NCBI GenBank assembly: GCA_012295275.1
Contig: CM022678.1
Location: 9,114,001-9,178,000, forward strand
Direction of reading: 5' to 3'
DNA from: Chrysomallon squamiferum
Taxonomy: Eukaryota > Animalia > Mollusca
DNA length: 64,000 nucleotides
A program made the position numbers and the translations under genes. A model generated the notes under the pieces. That model saw only the letters and a program-made list of their open reading frames with translations. It did no database searches and was not told the DNA's origin. Shown in pieces: positions 17,035-31,082 of this stretch. Numbering within the stretch: the first letter of the stretch is position 1; each line of letters starts with the position of its first letter.

Positions 17035-18660
17035 TTGTAGTGTTTTGTTATTTACTTGTTAAATTGTTTTTGTTTAAGTGTTTGTTCAGGTGTGTGTTTT
17101 ACCAGTGTGTCAAGGGTTTTACATGTGTGATGTCAGTGTAACTGGTCTGCAGTTGATTGGTAGTGAATGGTATTTGTTAGGTTTATGCAAGTTTCCAGTC
17201 TGTTGATATCTTTCCTGTTTACCAAGTTACATAAAAAAGACCAAGTATTATTACTAATGATTTTGACTGTTTTGTATTTTTCAAGTGTAATTTGATTTTT
17301 GTTTAGATTTTTATTTTTATTTTTTTTTTTATATATTCTCTTATGTATTTATTTATTTCCAATAAGCTCAGTCCACCATGCAGTGGATATTTTGTTAGTG
17401 CAGTTTTTGGTTTTAGTTTTGTGTTCAGTGACAGCTGAGTCTATCATGTTGTAAGTGAAGTGCAGTATGTGTCAGTTTTGTTTGTGTTTTTCAGTTTAAT
17501 ATGTTTCCATGCTTTGTAGAATCCTTCCCAGTCTGCTTTGGTGAAATTTCATTTGGGTGTAAATACTGAGTTGTTGGAGGTTTTCTTGCTGTTGTAGTTG
17601 GTGAGTGTAGGGTGGTGGTCACAATTCAACTCATTTAGAACTTGCCATTGACTCAGTGCTGCAGTGTGTTTGCTGTTAGTGTTAAATCAGTGGTGAACTG
17701 GACACACTGGTGAAGGTGAATGTAACATCATTAAGACAAACAAGAATGGAAAGGCCTGTGTTAGGTGTGTATCATGTGAGCCATGTGTTGTGTTAATGGA
17801 GGTTCTTTTGTTGAAATTATTTATTTTTATTGGGCTCTGTTTACAATTTTCTTCATGTAGTTGCTGAAAGTTTGCATGTTTTGCAAGGTATCAGGACTGG
17901 CTAGAGTTTCTATGGTGATGGACACTGCAGTAGCTGCATGCTAATGACTTCAGTTGTATCACTGTGTGCATTTGGTTGTGTGCCACCAGTTCTGTCAGAG
18001 GCCACACAAGTAAATGAGACCTCCTTTCTGTCTGTTGATAGTTGTAACTGTTGTCATGGCAGGTTTTCTGTTAAAGGTAAGTGTGGTCCAGTAGGTTGCT
18101 TTTCCCTCCATATACTGACATTAACTAGCTTGGCTTTGTTTGTGAATGAATCTTCTTGTAAACGTTTTTTTTTTAATTTCTTATTTCTATCCAGGTAATA
18201 TAGTTTGTGATATAATTAAAAAGTGAGTTGGGTGGGTTTTTTCTGTTTTTTTTTTTTTCACTCATTTGGCTTCGGGTTGTTGTTGTTGATGTGCAGACTG
18301 TTTTACTGTTTGCTGAGTCAGTTTCAGGATTAGTGTAGGTAATTCCCAGTAAGAAAATGTTGATCCCAGATGGTTACAGTGGAACCAAAAGTCTTTAAGA
18401 GTTTTTTGTTGAGCCCAAAATAAATTTTCCATGGGTTGTTATTAATTAATTTCCATTCAGGGTTTTGTCTGAGTCAGTGTTTGTTAGTTTCTTATTTATC
18501 ACCTTTTGCTTCTGGTCAACTTTTTTCATTTTTTAAATTCAACTTGGGCCTTTCTGCCTTTTGTCTTTTGTAAATCCTAATTTTCATTTCTTAATCATTT
18601 GAGAATCATTTAAGTTTGTGGTTTTTATGTTTTCCATGTTTTTGTTTTTTTTATAGGTGG
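17035..18660 (-). mobile_element. Decayed I/Jockey-group LINE: ORF1 traces, AP endonuclease and start of reverse transcriptase
   Basis: The minus strand gives LVCLND, TDLTLT...WQVLNELNCDHHP (APE SDH motif), PK*NFTKADW, AWWTE, then TGKISTDWKLA and NCRPVTLTS..CKTL (RT N-terminus). The ORF1 assignment of 18000-18660 is weaker. Confidence 0.75.
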
Positions 18661-18956
18661 GTCTGTTTCTGAAAGTTTAATGTGTGTAGTTGTGTGTATA
18701 ATTCAATGGTAATTATTTATACTTCTAATGTGTCTCTATTTACTTCAACACACATGCACACTTAAATATATAAACACACATACACATATTATTTTATTTA
18801 GTGTTTTATTTTTCTTTCTCAGCCAGTTATTTTAATTTTATATTTCATTTCTTAGTTTGTTACACTGCAAAAATTTAAAAATGTTTCTTCCTTTCAACTG
18901 TTATATTTAATTTATACTACTAGTTTTTATTATTATCATTAGTTTTATTATTGTTA

Positions 18957-19017
<61 letters not shown>

Positions 19018-19455
19018 ATATGACTGTGTTTGATTTTTAGGTGTTTTTTTTTTGTTTTTTTTCTTTTGTTTTTAAAATTTTAAATAATAATTTATATATT
19101 TTCTTGTTTTCTTATTTATTTTGTTTCTTCTTCAATGGCAGATTTTACTGACATGTTCTTGTTTTTCAAGATTAGTGAGTTGTCTTCAAACAAACGGAAC
19201 ACTCAGTTTTAAAGAATCTAATCAGAGCATTAAAGGTGGATCGTAGATTAGAATTTTTACTGTTATTTCTTATTAAAAAACAAAAAAATGAAAGAACTTA
19301 ATTAAAATGTTTTTCTAATATCGTATAGATTTTAAAAATTAAAACAAAACTTGGTATTTAATAAAGTATTATCACCGTTACCTAAACAAATTGTATGACT
19401 TATTCTGCATGGTTTTCAGTAATTTATAATTATTAAAATATGTAAACAATTAATC

Positions 19456-20263
19456 ATTTCTGTTGTGTTGTGTTGTTTCTACATTGCTGTTGTGTTGTGT
19501 TGTTTCTACATTTCTGTTGTGTTGTGTTGTTTCTACATTTCTGTTGTGTTGTGTTGTTTCTACATTTTTGTGTTTTTGTTTCTACATTTCTGTTTTTTGT
19601 GTTGTTTTGTTTTTACATTTGTGTTGTGTTGTTTCTACATTTCTTCTTTGTGTTGTGTTGTTTCTACATTTCTGTTTGTGTTGTGTTGTTTCTACATTTC
19701 TGTTGTGTTGTGTTGTTTTCTACATTTCTACATTTGTTGTTGTTGTGTTGTTTCTACATTTCTGTTGTGTTGTGTTGTTTCTACACATTTCTGTTGTGTT
19801 GTGTTGTTTCTACATTTCTGTTGTTGTGTTGTTTCTACATATTTTCTGTTTCATTTTTTGTTTCTGTTGTTGTGTTGTTTCTACATTTCTGTTGTTTGTT
19901 TTCTACATTTCTGTTGTGTTGTGTTGTTTCTACATTTCTGTTGTGTTGTTTCTACATTTCTGTTGTGTTGTGTTGTTTCTACATTTCTGTTGTGTTGTGT
20001 TGTTTCTACATTTCTGTTCAAGTTGTGTTGTTTCTACATTTCTGTTGTGTTGTGTTGTTTCTACTTTTCTGTTGTGTTGTTTCTACATTTCTGTTGTGTT
20101 TGTTGTTTCTACATTTTGTTGTGTTGTGTTGTGTTTGTTTCTACATTTCTATTCAAGTTGTGTTGTTTCTACATTTCTGTTGTGTTGTGTTGTTTCTACA
20201 TTTCTGTTGTGTTGTGTTGTGTTGTGTTGTTTCTACATTTCTGTTGTGTTGTGTTTCTACATT
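19456..20263. repeat. About 27-bp degenerate minisatellite, about 30 copies
   Basis: Unit TTTCTACATTTCTGTTGTGTTGTGTTG; followed by (GAAT)n at 20328-20460. Confidence 0.97.
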
Positions 20264-20569
20264 TAATGTTTTACACAAAGAAGTGAATGAAGAAGGTGGA
20301 GGCAGTAAATTAACAAGGAGATACAGAGTGAATGAATGAATGAGTGAATGAATGAATGAATGAATGAATGAATGAGTGAGTGAATGAATGAATGAATGAA
20401 TGAATGAATGAATCAGTGAATGAATGAATGAATGAATGAATGAATGAATTAATTAATGAATATCTGTTTAATTATACTTCATGGTTATTAGTTCTCAAAC
20501 ATGATTTTTATTGTTATTATTATATTTTTTTTTTTTTTTCATAATGTTGTTAAAAATTAATTATGAAAA

Positions 20570-21350
20570 TAAAGTTAGCTGTACCAACCAGGGTTGTTTT
20601 GTTTTTTGTGTTTTTAACAATTTTTGATTTCTTACTCACTGATTTTCAATGTTAAATAAACATTATCTTAAGTATTGAATAAAAAAAAAAAGTTTTATTA
20701 AAACTACTTATAAAATGATATTTTTAGTGTATATGCCAAAATTTATAATGCTCAGTAAATACTAAGTTTGGTTTTATTGTACCAAAACTATATAAATAAA
20801 AATATTCCTTATCCTCTAATTTAATAAAAGCTTGCTAAAACTATACATATAAAATGAAAAACAAAAACCAGAATAATTTGAAATACTTATTTCAACAAGA
20901 AAACAAAGTTTAACATCAAAACTACTTTTTCAAATGAAAAATAAAAGTTTAGAAAAACTTTGCCAAAATTGTTCATTAAAAATTTAGAAAACCATGATAT
21001 AAAATGTTTCAAAAAAGTTTAAAAATATAAATTAAATTAAAAAAAATTGTTTAAAAATATTTTTCATGAAGTTTTAAAGAGTTGAGAGGTTGACATTAAT
21101 AAAACAAAAAAAACCACTTCTTTTTTCTAGTGATCAATATAAATATATTAATAAAATATACAACATAGAAAAGAAAAAGAATACCAAGACATTTGTTTAC
21201 AAAAACTATAAAACTTAATAAATAAGTTGACATATAATGGAGCCTGCAAATTAGTGATTAAGAACATTTTCAGTTTCTGATTTTATCTTCCAAACAACAA
21301 ATACATGGCAAAACTGAAGAAGGTTTGACAATTCATTTAACTGGATTCCA
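20570..21350 (+). mobile_element. Possible highly decayed Penelope-like retroelement (RT thumb to GIY-YIG)
   Basis: Colinear weak motifs FSVYAK (about 20723), KNIPY (about 20800) and Y.GKTEEGLT (about 21300); many stops. Confidence 0.35.
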
Positions 21351-23749
21351 TTTTATGTTTTAACAAAGTTTTATACATTCAAACATTTTAACAAAACTCT
21401 TAGTATTTAATATTTTAGCAGATGATTAAGTAATTGTTCTTTCAAAATAATTATTTAAAAAATAAAATTAAATTTAACAAAATTTATTTATTCTTGTTGG
21501 AAACCGAATTTGTTTTTATATGAAGTGTGTGTTTTTGTTTTCAAGTCAGATAATTAATGGTATTTTCTTTCTTGACTTTTAATTAAGTAAATAAATAAAT
21601 ATATTTTACAAAAATTGACAAGTAAGATCAATAATCTTTATGTGTTAATTTTTGAAGATACATTTTCTAAAGTACAGTCCTTTTCTCCCAACTGCTATAT
21701 CAATGTCACAGTTTGACTTTTTCTTTGCATCTACAGATATCATTATTTAAAAAAGAAAATTTTGTATAATAATAATATTAAAATATTCTCATATGACATT
21801 AAATGATTTATATTTTACGGTTTATAAAATCTAGTTGTAAACTGAATTACCTGTCCATTATACTCAGCATCTGATTTCAAAACACTTGAACTCATCTGAG
21901 TTTGTACAAATTTCTTTTTAACAGCAAGAACTGGAGAAATGATTGTTCTTCACTGAGTTGTACTACAAGCCTGGTCAAGTGGTCATCCTTGGCCTGATAG
22001 AACTTTTCTGGTCAGCAAGGGATTGTTTATCCTGTAAAAGTAGTAAACAAAACTTATCACTGATAACCCTAATAAATAAAATTGATTTACTAAAAAAAAG
22101 TATAACATTTATCATTGGAAAGAATAGCAAATTATTATTTAAAAGTTACTTAAAGCATTAAAATTACAAATTATTTAGTCAGAATAAATAAATTTTACAC
22201 AATTTAAATATTACATCTGATATCATCATTAAGATATCTCTTGAAAATTATCTGCTTGTCTGTTATTTTGTAAAAAATTCAGAAGTTTATAATTTTTAGT
22301 GTTCATTACCAGCAACAAAAATGCCAAGCTGCAAGTTTCTTCAGTTTTGTGGTAAACTTGAAAAACTGTAATTATCAAGATTGTTCACCATTAATAAACA
22401 AAATAATATTTTGGATGGACAGAAAAGGAATTTACTTTATTTATCATGGATTTTAATAATAAAGAGTTCACTTTCTTTTTATTTTTTTTATTATTATTTT
22501 TTTAATTTCCAAAACATATAATGTTGTATATATAAGATATTTGTTAATAATAACTTTTCTGTTTTGCTTTTTTTTCTTCTGTAGTATTAGTTTAATTATA
22601 TCTTTGACACCTATAAAAAACAGCAGTTTCAAACCTTTGGTCTGTAGAGAACATTCAGCTCAAACAACATGGAGACAATGTGAGAATTCTGTCACATGAA
22701 CTGACATGATCAACATCGTGGACAACATGGACTGCAGTGGAAGTTCAGTCATCTGTAAATATAACATAGAAGTATATGAGCTTATTAAAATTTATAATAT
22801 ACATATACATGATTAATAGTTTGCTAATAAACAAGAATCCAAAATAATCCCAGAGGTCAGTCTATCCTTGAAACATTACACTGTTTCCCATTCCACACTG
22901 AGCTCCATTAATAATTTATCAAAATAACAGAATTTGTTTTAAGATAAATGAAAAAAACATATTTAAAAGATTTGTCAAAAATAACTAACTAAAAGAGTGG
23001 TGGAAACACATTTTATTTTATATTCTTACAATGGTTATAATACAGACACTATACAATATGTAAATAAATCTATACTTTAACAGGATTTCCTGACTTATTC
23101 AGTTAAACAGTGAATATATTTTATGTGTCTGTGATGTTCACTGTTCATTGTAACAACATACTTGATTTAATCTGACAAGAAATCATTTCCTCAACTGACT
23201 GCATCTTTTACTGTGTTTGCGCCGATAAACAGGAAACTATATGTTGGTCTCAAACCACCATTAATTTCTACAGATTTTGGAATAATTTTTTAAAGAAATA
23301 AACAGTTTTATAAATTGTTAAATTCTAAATGAAAATTAGGATTATGTGTGATCAGTTTTTAATATTTTTATTTTATTATTATATTTTTTTTACACTTTCG
23401 CAGTTTATAAAGTTAAATTTTGTTATTTTAAATATAATAATAATAAAAACAATAATAAATAAATAAATAATTAGTAAAATAATAAATCTTGTTCATGAGT
23501 GGACACATAATTAAGCATTTCAGACAGAAAATCCTTGAATCTAGAAAATGTAACAGATTTAGATAATTAAACCATTCAACACAATCTGCAAATATTTCTG
23601 TTTTACAGAACAACATGATATTTTCTAAGTCAGTGTAAAACAGTATTTATTAATTATAATTGTATTTATGCTTGAAGAGAGGAAGGAATGTGTTAGTATT
23701 TCTTCTAGCTGTGTCTTGAACTTTTTGATATTACAAACAAAATAAATAC

Positions 23750-24215
23750 TAGAAAACATAAAGCCATGTTTAAGACATTTTCTTTGCCACTTGAAGATGG
23801 CTGCAGCACTGTGAAATCCATGGCTACAGTCTCATGAGGTCTAACAGCAACACGATGTCACAAAGGTAGTTTCAGTTTGAGTTGAGGTCTAACAGCAATA
23901 CGATGTCACAAAGGTAGTTTCAGTTTGAGTTGAGGTCTAACAGCAATACCATGTCACAAAGGTAGTTTCAGTTTGAGTTGAGGTCTAACAGCAATACCAT
24001 GTCACAAAGGTAGTTTCAGTTTTGAGGTCTAACAGCAATACCATGTGCAGTTTAGGTCTAACCGATGTCACAAAGGTAGTTTCAGTTTGAGTTGTGCAGT
24101 TTAGTCACCTCACACGTTTCACACTCTTTACACCATTGTTCCACATCTTTGTGAATTTCAGGCCAGTAACATCTTCTTCTAATAAGACTCACGTTTCTAT
24201 CAAAACCTTGTCAGA
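23750..24215 (-). mobile_element. Ty3/Gypsy integrase fragment (zinc-binding domain and start of catalytic core)
   Basis: QGFDRNVSLIRRRCYWPEIHKDVEQWCKECE.C and RPHETVAMDFTVLQPSSSGKENVL match Gypsy integrase (GHQG.ERT...R.YWP....DV...C..C..C; P.E..A.DF..LE.S..G.ENVL). Confidence 0.85.
23835..24094. repeat. 48-bp minisatellite, about 5 copies, inside the integrase fragment
   Basis: Unit TGAGGTCTAACAGCAATACGATGTCACAAAGGTAGTTTCAGTTTGAGT at 23835, 23883, 23931 and onward. Confidence 0.95.
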
Positions 24216-24678
24216 ATGTTGATATGTTTTAGAGGGCTTAGTTCATAACTTGATAATTGAAATAGTTGTTAAAAAACTGACTTTATCAGTTTATGCTAAA
24301 TTTTAAAGTTGCCATGTGATTCATTATTTGATTTACAAAAAATTGTGTTATTTAACAAACCATGAAAACTGAGACTTCAGACAACAGCTGCAGTACATCC
24401 ATCTCCTATGTCTGTTAGTATGTCTGTCATCACAGGATCAGTCACACTGTCTGAAGGGCTGGAAGTTCCAATCTGGTAACATGAACATTAAACATTTTAA
24501 AATACTGATAAAATATGCTGCTTCTTTTCTTTTCTTTTTTAAATATAGAAATTGACAACAAAATAATTACATTTACATGAAGGTAAGTATATCTGTGTGT
24601 TAAGGGTACATGAGACCAATGTACATGGTATAAAATGTAGTGTGTTACAAGATACTAATATAATTTGTATGTATGTGC

Positions 24679-24739
<61 letters not shown>

Positions 24740-26894
24740 ATATACTACTTACAAAGTGATTCTTCATATATCAAATTAAATTAAAATAAACTCACAACTC
24801 GGAATGGTGCAATCTGCATGAGACTGGTTTCTGTAACAGCTGATTCATGCTTCTCCATAACGTAAATTACCTTTCTGTCTCCGAATCCGATTCACGCTTG
24901 TTTCGCACAAATATAAAACATCCGAATCCACTTGGATTCTCGTGAAATATTTTCAAAATGCTATTAAATTGAATAATCAACAAGTAAAACGTTTCCGACT
25001 AAAAAAACAAAAAATAGTCTGGTTATCAAGCATCACTTTAAACTGGTTTGAAAAGCGTAGCATAGTTTCGAATCCGTGTATGTTCAAAACATCGTGGTTT
25101 ATCAAGACTAGCGGTGGTTAACCTATAAATAGAACCGAAAGGAACATGCTTGTTCTGCGACGGAAAGGAACATGCTTGTTCAGTGTTCTTGTTAATTTTT
25201 TTCCTTCCTCCTTCCTTCCATGCTTGTTCAGTGTTCTTCAGTTTCTGCAATTCTTAATAAATAACAAGATATATTAATTTACTGTGCCAAATTTAGTATT
25301 ATTTCAGATATTATTTTGTCTGTGTGTTGAGCACACTCAACATGAAAAGCTTGTTTTAATATAGTTATAAATACAAACACTGACATTTAAAATTTAATAT
25401 CAATTTAACAAGTGTGTTTGAATAAAAGTAAGTCCAGTTACAGATACTTATTTTATTTACTGTGTGTTGAGCACATTCAACAGAAAAAGATGTTTAAAAT
25501 CAAAACAAGTCTAATTACATACATACAGTTCATTTTATTTCTTGTGTTGATCATATTAAATTAAAGAAAAAAAAAGCTTTCTCTAATCTTTTTTTTTGTA
25601 TAAAAATAAATTACCCTGCAAAACAGTAATAACAACAACAACAATAATATTAATGATGATAATATATAGTAATACTTCTATTAATAATAATAAATAATAA
25701 TAATAACAATAGTAATGATAATGGTAATAATCATAATAATGATGATGAAAATAATAATAGTAGTAGTAGTAATAAAAAAAACTAATAATAATATTAATAA
25801 TAGCAACAATAACAAAAGAACATAATAATAGGACTTTACGATACAAACTCTGAAACTTGAGACAATTTAAAAAATGAAAAAGTACAGATATTAATAACTT
25901 TAATAATTAGAAGATATATCTTGAAAGATAAGAAATTTTTAAAGTATTTCATTCACATCTGATTTTTCATAGAAAGGTTCTTTAAATTCATTTGTAGCAT
26001 TTTCTCCATATGCTTACTGCAAAATCCAGGCCTGAAAAACATCAAAAATAAATCAGAAATAATAATAATAAGAAGAATATGAAAAATAGCAATAAAGATT
26101 AAAAAATAATAATAATAATAAAGATTAAAACAAATAATAATAACAAATAAAACAAATTAATAATAAGAAGTAGTAGTAGTAATAATAAGAAGAAATAAAA
26201 TAAAACAAATTGTAAATAAATTAAAATTGAAGTAAAAAAAAAAGGAAGGGAAACAGAAGAATTTTTCATAAACAATTAAATATTTATAGGTAATATGGTA
26301 AACCATTTCTGCCTTGTTGTCAACTCTTTTTTAATTCTTCCAGACTTGTAAGCACTGAATAATTCAAACTTGTATATTAACAGATTTATATTGTACGAGT
26401 TAAATATTTTGTAATACAGGTGTGATGGAGCAGTTAATGTCATTATCTACAGATACAGGTGTAAATAGTATTATTTCAGTAGTGTATTGTGTATGTGATT
26501 GGACAGTGTAGTATTATCTTCTGTGATTATTAAAAATTATTTATGTGTTTTAATGTGTGTATGTCTGTTAAATATTATTATAACAAATAAATGGCATTGG
26601 CTAAAATATAATTTTATTAATATTTTACAGTGTCTACATATTGAATAACTGGGACATACTTTTCCTAAATTTTTATCTTTATTATTAATTTTTTAATGTT
26701 AACAGGTATTTAGCTTAAATAATATGAAAGAAAATTACAAACTGTTTAAAAAGTTATTTAAATAGGTATAGAAATGTACAGAGCAACTTGACATAAATTT
26801 GAGAAAAAAAGGAAATCATAGACTGAGAGAAAACAACCTGTTAAACATATTGTGTTAATAGTTTTCTCAGTTTTTAAAAAGACAAAAACAAAAA

Positions 26895-26955
<61 letters not shown>

Positions 26956-27440
26956 GGTTACCAGTCATATTGTCATGTGAAAATGTCCCTGGTTCCTACC
27001 AAAACATCCCAGTCACATTTAACACTGACTACACAGTGCATACAATAACTGTTTGACAGAATCAAATTCAGTGACATTTCAAACCTATTAAATTCCTGGA
27101 TGACTTAGACCTATACACATTTTGTCAAACTAGTTCTGTAAAAACTGCACTAAAACCATTGTAATTTGTGTATTTATATGAGTACCTTTTTTTCAACCAT
27201 TGTTCTGATGGTCTTGAATCGAAGATACAGAAGAAAATAAGATTCAGTTCTATGTCATTGATTTCTTCAACTAAATTTTATAAAATATATACATACAAAC
27301 TTAAAAGACTTTGTAACTTAGCACATACAAACTTAGAAGACCATGAAGTCTAGCAAATACTAACATACAAAGTTAAAAGACACATTTTTTAAAATAACTA
27401 TATACACACAGAGTTAATGAATTCTGTTCTTACATGTGAT

Positions 27441-27670
27441 CCATACTGGGTGCAACAATGTATGCGCACTGGTGTAGAAGTTGCTTCACAGTTTTGTTCC
27501 CTGCGATGTAGGCATCCTACATGTTGTCCTTGGTGCTGTCAGTATTTCTTCTGTTGTCAGTGTTTTAGGTTATTTTCAGACAGCAACTGAACTTGAACAT
27601 CAATGAGTTGTGCATGCTCCTGAAGTAGATGAACTATTTTGTTGAACTCAAGATTTCCGTTCTTGGCATC
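27441..27670 (-). mobile_element. MULE transposase C-terminal fragment (second family)
   Basis: AKNGNLEFNKIVHLLQEHAQLIDVQVQLLSENNLKH*QQKKY*QHQG...DAYIAGNKTVKQLLHQCAYIVAP matches the lophotrochozoan MULE tail (NL.FY.L..LL..EA.....Q..L.SE..L.R.Q.K.Y...QG.....W..Y..G......LL..C). Confidence 0.75.
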
Positions 27671-30600
27671 AGATGTTGCTTATCGCTGACTTTGATGTCT
27701 CAACTTCTGTTGGTGTCGTTTGGCAGCTGGTTTACTGGTTTGATAATGCTGGTAAGGGTCATCAACTACAAAACATAACTGAAAAACATGTGAATCAATG
27801 TTAAAAGCATTCAATCAGAATTATAATCTTCACTTCACTGTAAGAGAATTAAAATGTGTGACTAAAAAGAAAAAAAAGCACTGTTACAGGACCTGACAAA
27901 GTAAAAATACAATAACACAGCACCTGCCAGAACAAACATTATTAATTATACTTGATCTGTTTAATATAAATATGGTCAACAGTCTGGAAACATGTTTTAG
28001 AAAGGAAAGACTGAAAATACAAGAAGACACTGTATACCTTGTTTATCAGCTTCAAACAGCTTCTCTGTATCAGTGAGTAGAAACTCCTGAACACTGAAAA
28101 CCAGTCAAAGATGCACACAAATTTCATGAAGTAAAATGACAACTTTTGTGGAGTCATGGTCAGAATGGGAATGTGTTTCAAACTGCAGGTTAATCTTTGC
28201 TTGCATTTCTATCAGTGCTTCAAACATGTTCACAAACACATTTGGTCAAGCATTCATTGCCTGTGGTGGAAATTAAATAAAGAATTATATGATTTTTATA
28301 TCCTAATATTTATAATAATGAAAGTTGATTAATGACATCTTGTAACATATTTTAATGCAAGTGATTAAACTAAAATTGGAATTAATTTAACAGATTGTAT
28401 ATGATCTGTTACACATTGTCATTTAATAAAACAACAAACATTAACATACATGTAATTAATCCACTCCCAATACTAGAATATAAGCATTTTAACAGATTAA
28501 TTGTTCTTAAAAGAAAATTAGAAAATAATTATCAGGCCAAAGTTAAAAATATACTCAATGGTTTACACTTTTTTTACTTTGATAACTAAACTCAGGTCAT
28601 ATTAATTTTCAACTAACTACTTTTATACACATACCATAATAACTTAATTTTATTTACCTTTGAATCTTTGAACCTCCTGTCCAGCAGCCATATTACCTGA
28701 AACACCAAGCTATTATCTAAAAATAGTACATAAATGTCTACTTTCAATCTCTCTAAGTATAACAAATAATAAGTAAACAGACTTTTGTCATCTAATTTAA
28801 GTACAATTAAGTGATTGATAGATTAGTGCTAGTTATATTTAAAACTACTGATAACTGCTAATCAAATCAGTAATCTCATTGTTCCTGATATAAAGCTGTC
28901 AAAAACTTCTGGAAATAATTACTAAGAAAATGTAAAATTTTAAAATATTTAAAATGTTAAAAACAAATTAAAACAATAAAAACCCATTGAATTGTGGGTA
29001 AATTCTTACACTGCAAATTAATCAAACATGTCTTACATGGTTTCTGGGATGCTGTGTCATTAGAAGACCTGTAAATTCTTCAGAGGCTGTGACCTGAAGT
29101 TCCTCTAACAAGTTTGTTGTGTGTTAGGTCAGTGTGAGAATACAGTGAGGTCAGGTGACACAGTGTGACTCAAGTCTGTGTGAAGATTGTGTTCAGTGAG
29201 GTCAGGTGACACAGTGTGACTCAAGTCTGAGTGAAGATTGAGTTCAGTGAGCAAGTCCAACTCAAACTTCTCTCTCAGTAGCAGAACAGCTGTGAAAATA
29301 AAAACAATTAATCACTTATTCATTTAATAATAATATTAATTCAGCAAAATCTTTATCTATTTATAATCAGAAATAAAATATTATTGTATTGTTCTGCTTC
29401 AGTAAAATTATAACTCTTTCTTTCAAATTAATGATTATCCACTTATTTCTTCTTGTTTTCTTCTCCAAAAAAAACTGCAGTTATCTAACATAAATCTGGC
29501 CACATAAAATAGTTTCAATAAATAAAGCATTTAATGTGATAAGATATAATTAAAATGTTACTTTAATGTGAATTTGCTTCTGTTTATTTTATAAAAGACA
29601 CAGTAGTGAAATTATATACTTGAAATATATCTTGTAAATTTCCACAGTTAAATGTAACTAAAATAAACTTTTAATATCTAGCAGATATAATAAAAATAAA
29701 AGAAAAAAAATATATATACTGAAAATAGCATAAGAAAAATACTGGTTGGACACATACTTGAGTGTGAGTTTTTATTTCTGTGTATGAAAACAAGAACTGT
29801 ATTTGTCTTTTCTGAACCTGGCTACAGCCTCAAATGTACTGATTCCTTCATCACCATCAAAGATGAAACTTGAAAGTGTTTGAAATTCTAAAGTCTTCCC
29901 ACATCAACAACAAGGACATCGTCTGTTCTAGAGTTGTGAGGATGATGACAAAACCTGCCTCATGTCCAGTTTTATACATGACCCTCAACTGTCTTGTTAC
30001 TGACCTTCAAAACAGAAATAATATAATAAATTAAATTAAATAAAGATAATAAATGGAATGTCAAATGCAATACAGCACATTATTAAGATTAGAGTATTTT
30101 TTTATTCATAACTGTATAACGACAGTAAAATACCATGAAAAAATAATTAAGAAAACAGAAAAAAATATAATAATAACAGTAGTAATTAAATAAATAATTA
30201 AAAAATATAATATCGATGAAAAAATAAAACATTGAATACAGCTTCATAATGAAGTTCATTATGACATCTACAAAACTTTTATTGACAGTTTTAATGTGTC
30301 TTGTTTATTTAGTTAAATTATATTACAATTCATTTTACACCTTCACTTTTCTGTTTTGCAATCAAATATAATTCTTTAACATGCATGAGTAATATTAATC
30401 CACAATATTTTATTTTATTTTTATTTATTTATTTATTCATTATTATTATTAAGAATCCTGAAGATTATTTATGTTACATGCAATAAAACTAATATTAGGA
30501 AAAGAAATAAAACTACACAAATTATGCATATATGCATTATTTAAAAAAAAAAAAAAAAAAAATAAAAAAATAAAAGAATCATTATAATAATAATAATTAT

Positions 30601-30854
30601 AAAATAATAAATTTAAAAAAAAATAATGACAAAAAAAAAAAGGTATTCACTTTCTTCAACTAATAAAATTCCAAAGCCTTTGTCAACAGTAACAAAATAG
30701 AACGTCTGCCTGTACTCTTGTATACAGTCACTGATCGACGAGTGACACAACTTGACCTTTAACCCCACGTTTGTGTCGTGTAGTAAAATGTGTCTGCACT
30801 TCCTGAACTCTGCCGTAAAAAAAAAAAAAAAAAAAAAAAAAATATATATTAATA

Positions 30855-30894
<40 letters not shown>

Positions 30895-30914
30895 ATAATA
30901 ATAATAATAAATAA

Positions 30915-30945
<31 letters not shown>

Positions 30946-31035
30946 CGGAGATATAGAGAGATAAAGAGTAAGAAAAAAAGAAAGGAAAGGAAAAAAAAAA
31001 AAAAAAAATAAAAGAAAAAAAAAAAAAAAAAGATA

Positions 31036-31082
<47 letters not shown>

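Noticed and set aside
19463-20339. Three overlapping 267-289 aa Cys/Val/Phe-rich ORFs
   Set aside because: Open in all three frames because the 27-bp minisatellite has no stops on that strand.
24795-24940. Possible THAP-domain remnant on the minus strand
   Set aside because: Only GFGC and a Trp/His hint; the ligand spacing could not be reconstructed.
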